Of a stretch of 57,438 nucleotides of DNA, positions 31,030 to 43,306 are shown in pieces. Location of the stretch: NCBI GenBank assembly GCA_000934665.2, contig KZ538629.1:1-57438 (forward strand). Direction: 5' to 3'. The notes beneath the pieces are model-generated. The model saw only the letters and a list, made by a program, of their open reading frames with translations, had not been told where the DNA came from and ran no database searches. The position numbers were made by a program, and so were the translations under genes. Each line of letters starts with the position of its first letter. Position 1 is the first letter of the stretch. The stretch comes from Catajapyx aquilonaris. Taxonomy: Eukaryota.

Positions 31030-31727
31030 AAATATTGTACAACAGTGCTAATTATTTATAACGTTATACTAGCTTGATAATACGATATCAATATTTCATG
31101 TAATACATGCTACATTTTGGTGCAAGTGGAAATCTAATATAAGTGTTATCTGTGGATTAATCATCGGGACCTGCATTAAGCAACATGTTTGCTTCGCTCG
31201 ACTCTGTTGCAATAACATGTTGGGTTTAGTTCAGTTAAAACCACCTTTTTGAAAAACAACACGCTACTAGAATACAGGGAATTAGCCCACACATTTCAAA
31301 GAAAATGTAGTGACATTTCACCAGTGTCGTAAATATCTCACGTGAAATCGTCACCCGACTTCCTGCCTCTACCCCTATACATACTCTCATGCAGTCATCT
31401 AAAGCTTTCTTTATTCCCCTGATAAGGACTAGCTCGTGATTATAATAATTACTTGTATTATCGCGGGGATATCCGGAACTGAGAGAAGGAAGGAGTTCAG
31501 GTTGCTGACCTGGAAATGTATACACATTCAGAATCACACATATACACTCTGCTGCATGAGTATGTCAAAATACTGTACCCATGTAATATTTTACACTATT
31601 AAAATAATAATTTTCCACGGAATATAGAACCAATCGTGTGTGGGTTTTAATTAATAACTTCATCATACTAGATGTTACAATTCATACACTGTAACATTTT
31701 CCTATTCCGGTTATTTTGTCCGGACAC

Positions 31728-31759
31728 CAAGGTGTATAATGGATCCTTTATACACCTTG
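31728..31759. mobile_element. 32-bp P-superfamily-type excision footprint with 8-bp TSD
   Basis: CCGGACAC (31720-31727) + CAAGGTGTATAATGGA/TCCTTTATACACCTTG (16+16 inverted, 15/16 match) + CCGGACAC (31760-31767). Confidence 0.75.
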
Positions 31760-32345
31760 CCGGACACGAAATTGCAACCAGTGGTATGTAAGGGTTAAAA
31801 ATAAGTCGATAATAGGGCCATCTGACATCTGTGAGTAATAAACGTGAGTCAATAAAATATTGCGCAACGTCTAGCGGCTGTTGTTGTTGTCACAGGCAAA
31901 CATGTATGTTATATCAGGGTACAATCTAATATATTCATGATGACAGCTGGTAAATAATGCGCAGCCCTAAAGAAACCTTACTCATGCTGTTAAACTTCTG
32001 AACTGTGAATAGACAACGAAACGTTCATGTTGCGGCAAGCACTCTTTTGCAATAACTGCTCAATAATGCAAATTCTGAAATGTCTGGCACGTGCTGGAAA
32101 GGGCATGAATACTACAATGAATTCAACCAGCTGCGGTCATATACGTAATAGTACTAACTTGTACTCGGACAGAAGATGTCAAGTACAGTATATATAGCAC
32201 ACGTGGTATTTCCCAGCAGTCCTCTCCTACAGCACCGTATAATATTCGCGTATTCTTATAAAAAGCAACAGAATCTATCCCAACTGGTCCGGTACAACGA
32301 TTTGTAAACTACGACTCTATAAAGTCAGTAGCCACATATAAAAAA

Positions 32346-33818
32346 ATGATTCGTGTTTCTTTGTGCCTAATAATGATATCAGCAATTTGCACCTTATCGG
32401 AAGCTAATTCCACGTGCTCGTACGACAGCACTGATCAGGATCAGGATAGGGTTCGAAGGCGTAAGTATTCCTGATTCACATTAACATTATATATATAATT
32501 AACTAATTGTTTTAATTGATCCTTATAAACAGAGTCGCTCACAGAAGACTGTGGTCTGACCACAACGTCCAGGTCACTAGATTTCGGTGAGATCGCATTA
32601 GAAAATGGCAGAAAACGTGCGGCAGTAGACAGCATCCATGCCCAGATTGTTGGAGGAAGAGTTACTACAGCTGGAGCCTGGCCATGGATGGTAGTGTGCT
32701 TAAAAAATCATGATTTATAATGACAATTACGAAGAATAATTTGGGCGATATGCTGAGTAAAAAAAACTTTGTTGCAATATGTGCTGTTCCAAAATATTCA
32801 TAGTTCATGAAGATATTGTTTTTCATGATTTGCATTATATGTCTGCATTATACGTAAATGATACATGATACATGACGGAGAGTAATATTCATGAACCAAT
32901 GCTTCACAGGCTATTGTAGGTCGTGTGGGTCGAGGTGTCTTCATCTTCACATGTGGAGGTTCTCTGATTAATTCGCGTTATGTTCTCACAGCTGCTCACT
33001 GCGTGCGTGGCAGGTAAGCCAATGTGTATACACTCTGCACTTCTCAATATTTGGATAAACACTTTTTTTCCTCTATCTCAAAAGTCCCAACTCAGTTCGA
33101 CTCGCAGAACAAAACATTCGAAGTGCCAATGACCGACATTTCAACGTGGGAATAGAGCAGATCATTTCGAATCCTGGTTTCAACAGGAGAACACTGGTGA
33201 ACGACATCGCACTTATTCGGCTTAACCGTAACGTCCCTACCACAGACTACGTAAGGCCCGTTTGCGTTCCCCAGGCAAATTATCCAAATCTTTTAGGAAG
33301 ATCAGTGGTGGCAACAGGATGGGGCCGAAAATCTGAAGGTTAGTAGTCACATAATGTTGGAACGTATTCTATACAAAACTGGACCTTTCATTTTGCAACC
33401 GAACTTCACGAGCAGATGTGAGTAAAATAAATACTTCAATATATTAATAATCCCCAGGTGGCAGGTCCAGTGCAAATCTTCGTGAGGTGGAAATGCAAGT
33501 TCTTCCATGCAGAAGGACACGAGGGAAGGTGATTTGTGCTGGAGACCCGGAAGGCGGAAAAGATAGCTGCCAAGTAAGTCAATATAACAAGGGCATCACT
33601 GAGTTTTTGACCCAAAAAATGTTGTGTCAACTCTGTAATTTCATTGCCTGCAGGGTGATTCAGGCGGGCCATTGGTGTACCGAGACCCCAATACAAACCG
33701 TTACAATCTTGTTGGAATAGTTTCTTATGGAATTGGCTGTGGAAGGAGGGGATTTCCAGGTGTTTACACCAGAGTTTCGGAATATTCCAGTTGGATCAAT
33801 TCTAACATAAGAAGCTGA
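32346..33818 (+). CDS. SP8: CLIP-less secreted trypsin-like serine protease, Arg-rich
   Basis: Signal peptide [42 protein letters not shown]^[33 protein letters not shown]; stop 33816-33818. Confidence 0.94.
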
Positions 33819-34372
33819 ATATCCCGTAATCAAAAGAAGTACATGTTTTCATCATCCCAATGACCAAATATTGCGCAAATTAACTGATTGTACCTACTTT
33901 CGATAATATTAGTCAATAAAATGCCACAACTTATTACTGTTCACAATTATTCATCAGAATAATTTACTGTTAAATCGTCAATCTTCTTCACAAGTTACAA
34001 TTATATCCCTGTTATATTCAGCGCCAATTTCTTACAAATTTTCCAATCCGAACTTATCTCTCCAGCCTAAAAAGATGCTGGGCTTAAGGTTTCCTTCGAA
34101 CATATTCTAACTACTTTTATGCCTTCTAATAATATCATACAAACACTCTTAACCTGTTTTCAAACTACGTATTTCTCAGTTTATATACTGCAGGCTGCAC
34201 ATCAAGAATGACAACTTGAATGAGCGGAAAGTAGGAATGTAAAAAGTAAGGCAATAAGCACAACTATCACTGTTTATTATCTGCCAAAGAAAACAATCTC
34301 AGTTTACTTTCAACTAGGGGCTGTAATCACATTAGCATAATATTCAGGTGGTGGTAACCTCGGGTTATTCTT

Positions 34373-35537
34373 TCAGAAAAAGAAAGAGGGATTGCAGAAA
34401 ATTTGCTGTTCTTTGTTAGCTGTTTGGTTGTAAGTGATAGTATCGCAGCACCTCCATGAGAGGCCCTCGCTCTTTGAAAACAACCCCAGAAGCTTATAAT
34501 AAGTCTGTTTGTCCTCATATTTCTCATCCTGCCTTCCCATCATACTCCTCTCTGCTATATCAAACACATCATCGGGCTTATCGACACACCCAATCATAGG
34601 GTGTCTCAGGCTGAAGCACTTCATGCGACGACCGTCAAAGTATCTTGTACCAACTAATCTGCTGATGGTGTCATTGGCAGTCTTCAGGCAACGGTGGAAC
34701 TTCGCATCGCAATTACAAGTATTCCTGAAATCATTCAAAATGTTCAAGTTCATGCAAACCTATCCGTCAGTTTTTAAAAAAAAGTACACTGCTGTCAAAT
34801 CCCTTCCAAACTTTGCATTTTGTGACAAAAGTATGAAACTCGGTACATTCGTTCTTTGGGCACTTCAGTGCATATCTGGACGTGGGCCACGATCGGTGAC
34901 ACTATCGCATGTTGCACAGTCTGTTACATTTGTCAACTCCGTAAAAGTGACATCTGGCAGGGTCAGTCATCGTGGCCCCACGTCTAGACATGTTCAGAAA
35001 TGTCCAAAGACCAATTATGGCGAGTTTCAGGTTTTTATCACCGAAGACAAAGTCCGAAAGGTATGCTGCACCTGGTAGATATGGCAACCCTGCGAAATGG
35101 TTCGGCCATCGCGGCTCCACGTCCAGATATCCTCGGAAGTGTCCAAAGAACGAGTGTACAGAGTTTTATACTTTTGTCACAAAATGCAACCTGGACTATC
35201 AGGCATCAGGGGTTACTTAACAAAAAATTAATTCTTGAGCTACCAAATGTTCAAGCAGGAAATGTTCTCAGTTTCACCAAATGTTTCAGCAGTGAAAAAT
35301 ATGAAAACCTTGTAATTCACAACGTTTGTTATAATTGTACTGATAGCGAACGATGGACCAACTTACATGGCGTACAGCTCCTTGTTGCAAACACGTCCCT
35401 CACAATCATCCTGATCAATTGTATCCTCACACATGTCATGCTTGCGACAACACTTGTCAGCTTTCGCAAAAATTCCTGTACTCAGTCCAGTCAGCTTCTT
35501 GGCCTCGTTTATTTCTCCGCACCACTTTGTTCCTTCC

Positions 35538-35604
<67 letters not shown>

Positions 35605-36060
35605 TAGAAGGATGCACTCGTTGGAAAAGTGACAAAAATGCTTATTACTGTCACTTTTCCAGCCGGAAAAGGTTTCCTGGCTCCGGTGCAAGAGACCCTG
35701 AGCTAAAATTCGAAACCTGCCTGGAAAGTATAGCTGCCAGTTTTTTCTCTCGAAAAGTTGCACCCAGTCCAATCTGGTGGGAACCTTTTTGGTGGTTTCC
35801 ATTTCATTCATGTAAATGCAAATGTCCTCCAGAATAGTCTTCATCCTCTCCACAGCCACCGTTTCATCCTGCGGTTTCACGATATCTCCCACGATTGGCT
35901 TGAGATAAGGAATGTATTCGATGTAATCTTTGGAGCAATCCACTGGCACTGGTTCCTTTTTCTTCTTTGCTCCATCTGATGAGGGTTCCAACTGGGTGAA
36001 GGTCGGGATGGGCAAGATGACCGACACCAGCACTAGGACGACGGCCGGTAAAAACTGCAT
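34373..36060 (-). CDS. PLA2-A: secreted phospholipase A2, group III (bee-venom type), HD dyad intact
   Basis: Exons 36060-35721, 35532-35367, 34724-34373. Signal peptide MQFLPAVVLVLVSVIL, propeptide, YFPGTKWCGEIN, DKCCRKHDMC, CNCDAKFHRCLK, VGTRYFD...KCF, C-terminal CC...YNQTA...QIFCNPSF. First intron needs a GC donor; an extra in-frame intron in the last exon cannot be excluded. Confidence 0.92.
34813..35189. mobile_element. MITE / foldback element in PLA2-A intron 2
   Basis: TTGCATTTTGTGACAAAAGTATGAAACTCGGTACATTCGTTCTTTGGGCACTTC is mirrored by GAAGTGTCCAAAGAACGAGTGTACAGAGTTTTATACTTTTGTCACAAAATGCAA; inverted arms extend about 100 bp. Outer CACTGCTG/CAGCAGTG at 34787 and 35294 may be the true ends. 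Confidence 0.8.
35538..35603. repeat. (AAT)n microsatellite next to the PLA2-A exon 2 acceptor
   Basis: About 22 AAT units. Confidence 0.95.
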
Positions 36061-36841
36061 GGCGCCCAGTTGAAAACACCACCGACAACCTGGTCCCAAC
36101 TTGCACTCCACCAATACGTCACATACTGCAAGCTTTTCATTTGCCTCTAGGTTCAGGTTATTACTTTGTGATAAGGGGTATACACGTATAAAGGAAACAC
36201 CGTAGAGAAACAATGCATTGCGAAGCGATAGTGTGCTTACAACGCAAGTCGGGTGTCGTCATTATAAATCATGTACTTCTGAATAATTTCCTATTTATTG
36301 TAATAATAAATAATTATTATTGAATTGTTACCTGAAATATTTTTGCTGGCGCAGTTATCCTACACTATCGTTCAATTTTCATTATTTAAGTGAAAATTGA
36401 GCATTTCCGTCAATTTATTCCAGTGGACATTTTCCATTTAACCTGGATTTAAATAAGTGGAAAATGAACTACACGATACGGTTACAGTTTACTAACCGAT
36501 ATAATCCTATGATCAGATATACCACAGGAATTTACAGTATCGGATAATCATGACTGTTCAATGGTTTTCATGATTCTTTGTAGTATTAAAGTGCCTATTC
36601 AGTTTCCTTCGATTGTATGGATACAATCATGCATAAACCTTTTGAAGTCGTTATGAAAACATTGCCCTTCCTTACCCTAGGATGATGTACGATACTCGTT
36701 AATATTTTACGCGGCGGTGTAAGTTTTGTTCTTTTAGACCATGAACGTTACAAGTACATTGATTAGGATGTCATTATTTCCTGGGTGTAGAATAAGTCAA
36801 AATAGAATCCCAACCAGCAGGAAACCAGATGAAGTTCTCCC

Positions 36842-36952
36842 CAGGGATGGAAAAAGTACCGCTTCCTTCCAAGAAGCGCTTCTTTTTTCCATGTGCAGGG
36901 ATAGAAAAAGAACCGCTTACCGCCCAAAGAAGCGGTTCTTTTTCCATCCCTG
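36842..36952. mobile_element. 111-bp hAT/P-type MITE with 8-bp TSD, made of two tandem hairpins
   Basis: Termini CAGGGATGGAAAAAG...CTTTTTCCATCCCTG; GTTCTCCC duplicated at 36834-36841 and 36953-36960; a second internal CAGGGATAGAAAAAG end near 36896. Confidence 0.85.
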
Positions 36953-37221
36953 GTTCTCCCTCAAACGTTGCCCGTATTATTACGGAACACTTTGTGTTAC
37001 ACTTCATGCATCTGATTTTGAACAAATCCTGCAAAGTGGCATAACTGTACCGGACACATGAATAGTTTTCCTCCTCCACCGAAGGGCAATGTGACAACGA
37101 CAAATGGCTCCATTCCAGTATAGGAAACGTCCAATCCCCGTGATCCAAGCTGCGATGGAGCCATGGTCAGCCCCAACTGACGTACAACATGCGATAAGCA
37201 GTTAAACGGTGTAAGGACAAC

Positions 37222-38296
37222 ATGGTGGACCTGAGGGAGTCACTGGCTTTGAGGATTGCCTTCCTCGGGGTGGTGATGGCATGGTCAACGGACAAGGAGG
37301 CGAATTCGCTTCTGGACGACACGTGGGAGGTTGCCAGGTGCACTTTAGAAGACAAATTAGTGGACTGGGTCGCCACGAAGCTCTTCGGAGTCATGAACGT
37401 CCCGCCCAATATGCCCACCAAGATCGGATTTGTGTACGAGTTTTGCACGTTCATGGATCTCATGAAGAAGGAAGGTCTGGCCTCTTTCAGATCAGATTGG
37501 ATCTCGCTCGTGGAAGGAGCTGAGGATGGAAAATATACTTTCCCAGGTTAGCGGCTAATATACTTTTTGAATCGGCTTAATGTATTGGTACATCCTCACG
37601 GTATACTGCTGTCACTTTCAGAGAGAAAGTGTTAGTAATAGCAATAGCTGTAGTATTTAATCTGCATACGCATATTCTAACAGAGGTTTTTTTTTCCTTT
37701 TTCAAAATGGAAGGTACAAAATGGTGTGGAGAAACGAACATTCCCAAGTCATTTGACGAAATTGCGCCTGCCCCTTTTAACAAAGCCGACGTTTGCTGCC
37801 GAGAGCACCACAAATGCATGGAAGTCTTGGTATCTGGCAGATGCAAGCATGGAATCTGCAACACCAATCCGTACACCATGTAAGAAGTCTGTAGTCATGT
37901 TTTCTATTTGGTTTATTGTTACGACCAGCAATCCTGTATGCATACAGGAGGCACTGCTCTTGTGATCAAGAATTTCACGCCTGTCTGAAAAACACCAATA
38001 AGGATCTCATTAGTTTATTTGTGGCGATCCGTTTTTTCGACGGGATTCATCTGCAATGCTTCATGAAATCCAAGGTTAAAATCGGCTGCAACGAAACGTA
38101 AGTCCCAAATCCCTCCTATGTAAATCCATTTCTTCTGTACTTGTAACACTTTTTTTCCAGGGAGAAACATGAGTGCTGCTCGAATTACGTGTATAACCAA
38201 ACGGCACCGGAGAAGTATCAGATATACTGCAATCCATCTTTCAGAGGCCATCTCAACGAGGAACACCATAACGTCCAACACCACCCCTACTTTTAA
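37222..38296 (+). CDS. PLA2-B: group III secreted phospholipase A2 homologue, predicted inactive or Ca-independent (HD to HH)
   Basis: Exons 37222-37546, 37714-37879, 37948-38097, 38161-38296. Signal-like N-terminus, YTFPGTKWCGETN, DVCCREHHKC, HCSCDQEFHACLK, IRFFD...QCF, CC...YNQTA...QIYCNPSF, His-rich tail. First two intron positions and the 166-nt exon 2 match PLA2-A. Confidence 0.92.
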
Positions 38297-38958
38297 GACT
38301 GCAAATAAAAGCCCTAGAAAAAAAATACCCTGCTATTATACCAGCTCACTTGTCACATCAAAGCGGCAAAGTTCAATATGATGATGCTGCAATAATCTTG
38401 TGTCTTTCATTCCTAAACAGAGCTGTAGTGTACTTGTTTTTTCATCATAACATACTGTACAAGCCTATGCGAATACAGGTCAGGTCGAGCTACATATGGC
38501 TATGGACCCATTCAAGCGCAAGATTTCTGCGTCGTTCATTCCAGCAGCCAGCAATATTGAAAGCAACAATCATTGCCTCATTTAAATATGGGAAGTGCTC
38601 CATACTTAACACAAATTGGAATTAATTATTTTAATATGTAAATTGATGCAGTTCATATTATTAAGTGGAAAACCACATAATAAAACTTTGATGGTCACAA
38701 AATATTTCGTTCGCGTCAAAGTCCACCGGTATTTTTTTTTAAACCCGTGCAGTCCTTATAAAACGAGTTGTAAATCGAGCACAATGGTGGTTATACACTC
38801 ACTGCTATTGTATGCGGATCTTTTGTTCACTCGGCATTGAAAGTAAATTTTACAAGCAAAGCCTCTCTCTCTCTCTCTGTTGCGATAATCTGCCAATAAC
38901 TTGCTTTACACCCGTTGTGGCATAGGCGATAACACAACGGGATAGTTTCCGATCAGGT

Positions 38959-40301
38959 ATGAGTGAACGGACAAGGTTGGTCTTTCTAGGACTGGTCTTC
39001 ACTGCGGTTTCAAATCTAGGAGAAGCGCATGTGTTTATAGAAGAAGGTAAATTGACAACTTTTGATGTATCTATACTCGTAATAAAAATTTTCCTGCCAT
39101 AATATTTTAGCTATTTTGTCTGTTCAAGGTTGGAAAGTGTCGCTGCCTAAATTTTGTGGGAAAGCAAACAATGACAATTCAGAAGGTCGCATAAGTCTTG
39201 GAGGTCGAGAGGCTGACGTCCATTCGTGGCCATGGATGGTAAATACCGTTTAATTATTTCACAAAATGTATGAAATGTACGTATTATTTTAACAGTTGCA
39301 ATTCTCTGGTTGCAGGTTGCTTTGTACGCTAAGGTTAAAGAAAACTTTGAGTTTTCTTGCGGTGGGGTCTTGATAAGTCCTCATTACGTCTTAACCGCCG
39401 CTCACTGCCTGTCACAGTAAGTTATTTCACATTAAAACTCACATTAAATTGTGTGCTGTTTTGGACAACTGAGAAAATGCCAGAATCACATTTTGGTCAA
39501 AATTGAGAAAGCTTTTTGATTGATTACTTTATAGGTCTAAAAGCTATTAAAGACAAGAAATGTTAAAGGTTTTTTCTGTAACACTTTACCTCTAGGCCTC
39601 TCGCATATGTGCAGTTTGGAGGCCACACACTGCACACTCACACACCTAGAGCCATACCCATGGTCTTAGGGGTTGAAAGCGTAATACCCCATCCGGATTA
39701 CACCGAAGATGACCTGCACAACAACGACCTAGGCCTCGTTCGCTTAGCCAAAGAAATTCTCCTGCAGGATAAAATACATGTCGTGTGCCTGCCGACATCA
39801 AGTTTAGGAACAATGGAAGGAAAGCGAGCCGTGGCAACCGGCTGGGCAGACAATCATATAAGTAAGTGATCACTGTCACATATCATCTCAGTCAGTAGCA
39901 ATAATTATTACTCTTTAAACAGGTTCAGGAAGTGACGCACTGCAACAAATTCAACTGAAAATAATTAGCAACAACATATGTCGGAAGAGGTATCCCTTCT
40001 TGCTGGAATCCACCATGTGCGGAACAGTCATGGGAGGAAAAGGAAGCGAATGTTACGTAAGAGTACTAGATGCCAGGCCAAACTTTTGGTCTAAGTAATT
40101 ATTGATTAATGTACATGCGGTTTGTATTGCTTTCAGGTTGATTCTGGAGGACCTGTAGTTTTCAAAAATCCAAGAAGTGGTCGCTATATGCTGATTGGCA
40201 TAGTCTCAGGAGGAATCGGGTGTGCAGCTTCAGAAAGCACAGGGGTATTCGTGAGGGTATCCAGACATATAGGCTGGCTTAAGAGTAATGTAAGGCATTA
40301 A
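38959..40301 (+). CDS. SP9: CLIP-less serine protease-like protein, triad intact but Gly193 and activation site atypical
   Basis: Signal peptide MSERTRLVFLGLVFTAVSNLGEA; KFCG; EGR^ISLGG; TAAHC, NNDLGL, TGWA, SECY-VDSGGP; stop 40299-40301. Confidence 0.9.
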
Positions 40302-41825
40302 TACAATCCTGCATTTATAACCAATTTTATGTTCTACATGCTGTCCTGCATTAGACATTGTATAGTATGAATATATTTGGAGTAAAGGTGATTTTTTTAC
40401 CATATTCATATTAATTGCTGTGTCTGAACTTGTCCCATCCTCCCCTTTAGTGCGGACTGACATTTACTAATCTACGATTCTACGGTACTGTACGTCTCCT
40501 CCAATCACCAAATTCCTCTGATCAAATGTGTGTTATTTAAGAATTTTAAGCTTATGCAAAATTATTGACATTGATCCACAAAGCTGCTGTGATTGTTAAG
40601 TATCAGTACTTCAAAACAAAAGCAAAATTAATACATTACATAATTATGGTGAGGGAAGAAATGTTCATGCAACCTGCACATGATGATCAGCTAACTGAAG
40701 AGTTCTGAAGAAATTCATGATTATGTATATGGATGGTTTGAAGTCATCCTTAGCATCTGACAATGCTTCGACGTCACCTGCTGCCAAATGTACATGCCAT
40801 TTTCAGAAAGGTCAAAGCTATAATGGCAAATACTTACATGCAATGGGAAGCAGCTGTAAAACTAATTGCAGCTGGAATGTGCATGCCCAATGAGATGTAG
40901 ACTACTGTAGTTATGAAGAAAGAAGAAAAAAAGGAACCAAAAAACCTTTCTAGATTCTGAACCTGACAATCGAGTAAGAATAAATGGGGAAATAATTCAT
41001 CTCAAATCTACAAAAGCATTGTACTGTGCTGTACTATACCTTGATGAACATTTTGGAAATAAAAATATTTGGGGGGAAACTCAAGATTTGGCAGAGGAGG
41101 AGGGGGAGTCATTTGGGTCGGCAGGGCGAGAAAAGGTTGGAGATAGGTGAAAAAAAGGTTGGGATCCACTGGTTTAAAATGAGGCTGTGAAGCCATTTAA
41201 CTAAGAATAGTTAAGTTCACCAAAAGTCATTGGTAATATGCGAAAAAATCACTCCCTCAGTAAATTGATGTCTGCAACCTTTGTTACCTCATGTAACTTT
41301 TGTTATGGAAAGGACATTAATTTCTGCAAATATTAATTATCGGTTATGACCAATTCTATCAATTGAAGGCTGCACTCAATATATGGCTCGACAACCCCCA
41401 GAAGTTGCTTTTTGTATAATGTTATTTTTTCTTATTCCTAGGAAAACTTTCACGTATAAAATGTACATTCTGGTAACAAAAGTTACACAGTCTGCAGTCT
41501 GCAAAACTAACATTTAGCTCTGCTTTCAACTATTAGCTTCACTGCAAACTTTACAAATCCACATAATGCAATAATTGTGACTGAAATGTAACAAAAAAGA
41601 TGAAGTACAATGTCTTAAAGTGTTGTGGAGATAATTTTATATTAAAAGTCCTATTCTCAGCGACCGAGTATTGGACATTACATGGCCTATCGATAACCTC
41701 CTCATTGTTGTTTATCGGTATTGATTCCGGGGATCCTTCAAGGCCACTGATGGACAATACTGTATATTCGTGAGTGAGTGGTGGTGTTAAGAGGCAGAGG
41801 TTATAGCCTAACCTGTGTTGGAGTG

Positions 41826-43306
41826 ATGGAAAAATCATTCCTTTACATATTAATAACAGCAATCTGCTTAGTGGCACAGATTTCAGCAGGCCGAGATAAG
41901 GATAAGGGTAATTATTTAATAGAATGTAGTTTGTCACACATGCGCTCATTCCATGCCTGTCTCAGGTTTCAAACAATTTTCATCAAAATGTGGGCAGGTA
42001 CCTATACAACTCGGTAGCAGGATTGTAGGAGGACACACATCAGAAATCAACGCCTGGCCTTGGATGGTAAGAACACATGTTTGATCTGAAACTATTTACA
42101 TGAGACCACGTATTATGCCTTTGAAAATATTTCAGGTTTCCATAGGTTACATGGAGAAGAAGGTGTTTGAAATTCTCTGTGGCGGAACAGTCATCCACAA
42201 GCGCTACGTCTTGACTGCTGCTCATTGCTGCCCAATGTAAGTACTGCATTCCAACATACACAAAGGTTTTATTGTTAGGAGGATTGGTCACGAAATCCGA
42301 GATATTTGGAATATTTTTATTGTTGTCAAAATGTACACCAGTTCACGTCACGTACAAAAGTAGGCCTGCAAAAAGGCCAGCAAATATTCAACTAACTATC
42401 AGTCTATCACTAACGGATTATATTCACAACAGGGACCTTGAACAGGTGCGTCTTGGGCATTACGACCGGGGCGAAAGTACGGCTCATGTCATTGACATAA
42501 AAGTGTCTAAACTTATTTGCCACGAACAATTCGACATCAAGACGTACGAGAATGATGTGGCTCTTGTCAGACTGAAAAAGGAGATCCAATTCTGTGACGA
42601 AGTTCGTCCAATCTGTTTGCCACCACCTGACATAGAGAGGTTGAAAAACTTTGATGGGAAGAATCTGACTGTTGCAGGATGGGGGTTAACATCCGAAGGT
42701 ACCAGTTGAAAACCATTGCTGATGTTGAGTCCGTTAATTTTTAGATAACATTGAACCAATTTGGGAATCAGGTGGAGAACAGAGTGACGTACTGCGAGAG
42801 GTTGTCGTGTATGGCATCCCCCTAGAAGAATGCAAAACCAAGCATAAGAGAGTTACTAACACAAGAATTTGTGCAGGATATCCAGGTGGTGGGAGAGACG
42901 CTTGCCAGGTAGGTACCAGGTATACAAGAAGTACAAACCTCCCTGCCCACCCCGCTAATTGCATGCCATTTTCATTCACTCCACTGTGTAATTCAACAGT
43001 TTCTATAGCAGGTCATAAAATATATTAAGACTGTGAAGTTACCTTGATTTGGTGTGGAGAATATTGTCTCTTATTTCGTATACCCTTCACGCAAATAAAA
43101 GTAGGATAATTTGGCACGTTTGTTCTCAGGGTGACTCAGGAGGACCTCTGATGTACTTGCACAAGCCGAAAGGTTCCTCTGGAACAGTCTACTTTCAAGT
43201 TGGGATTGTTTCTTCTGGAAAAGGTTGCGCACGACCTGGCTATTACGGGCTTTACACTCGCTTGACTGATTATGTTCCGTGGATTTTGGGGAAAATTTCA
43301 AAATAG
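41826..43306 (+). CDS. SP10: CLIP-less trypsin-like serine protease (HCC subfamily, type A)
   Basis: [33 protein letters not shown]^[45 protein letters not shown]; stop 43306. Confidence 0.95.

Noticed and set aside
34509..35542. Long plus-strand ORFs of 189 and 180 aa
   Set aside because: Antisense to PLA2-A exons and running through an intronic MITE; no recognisable domain.
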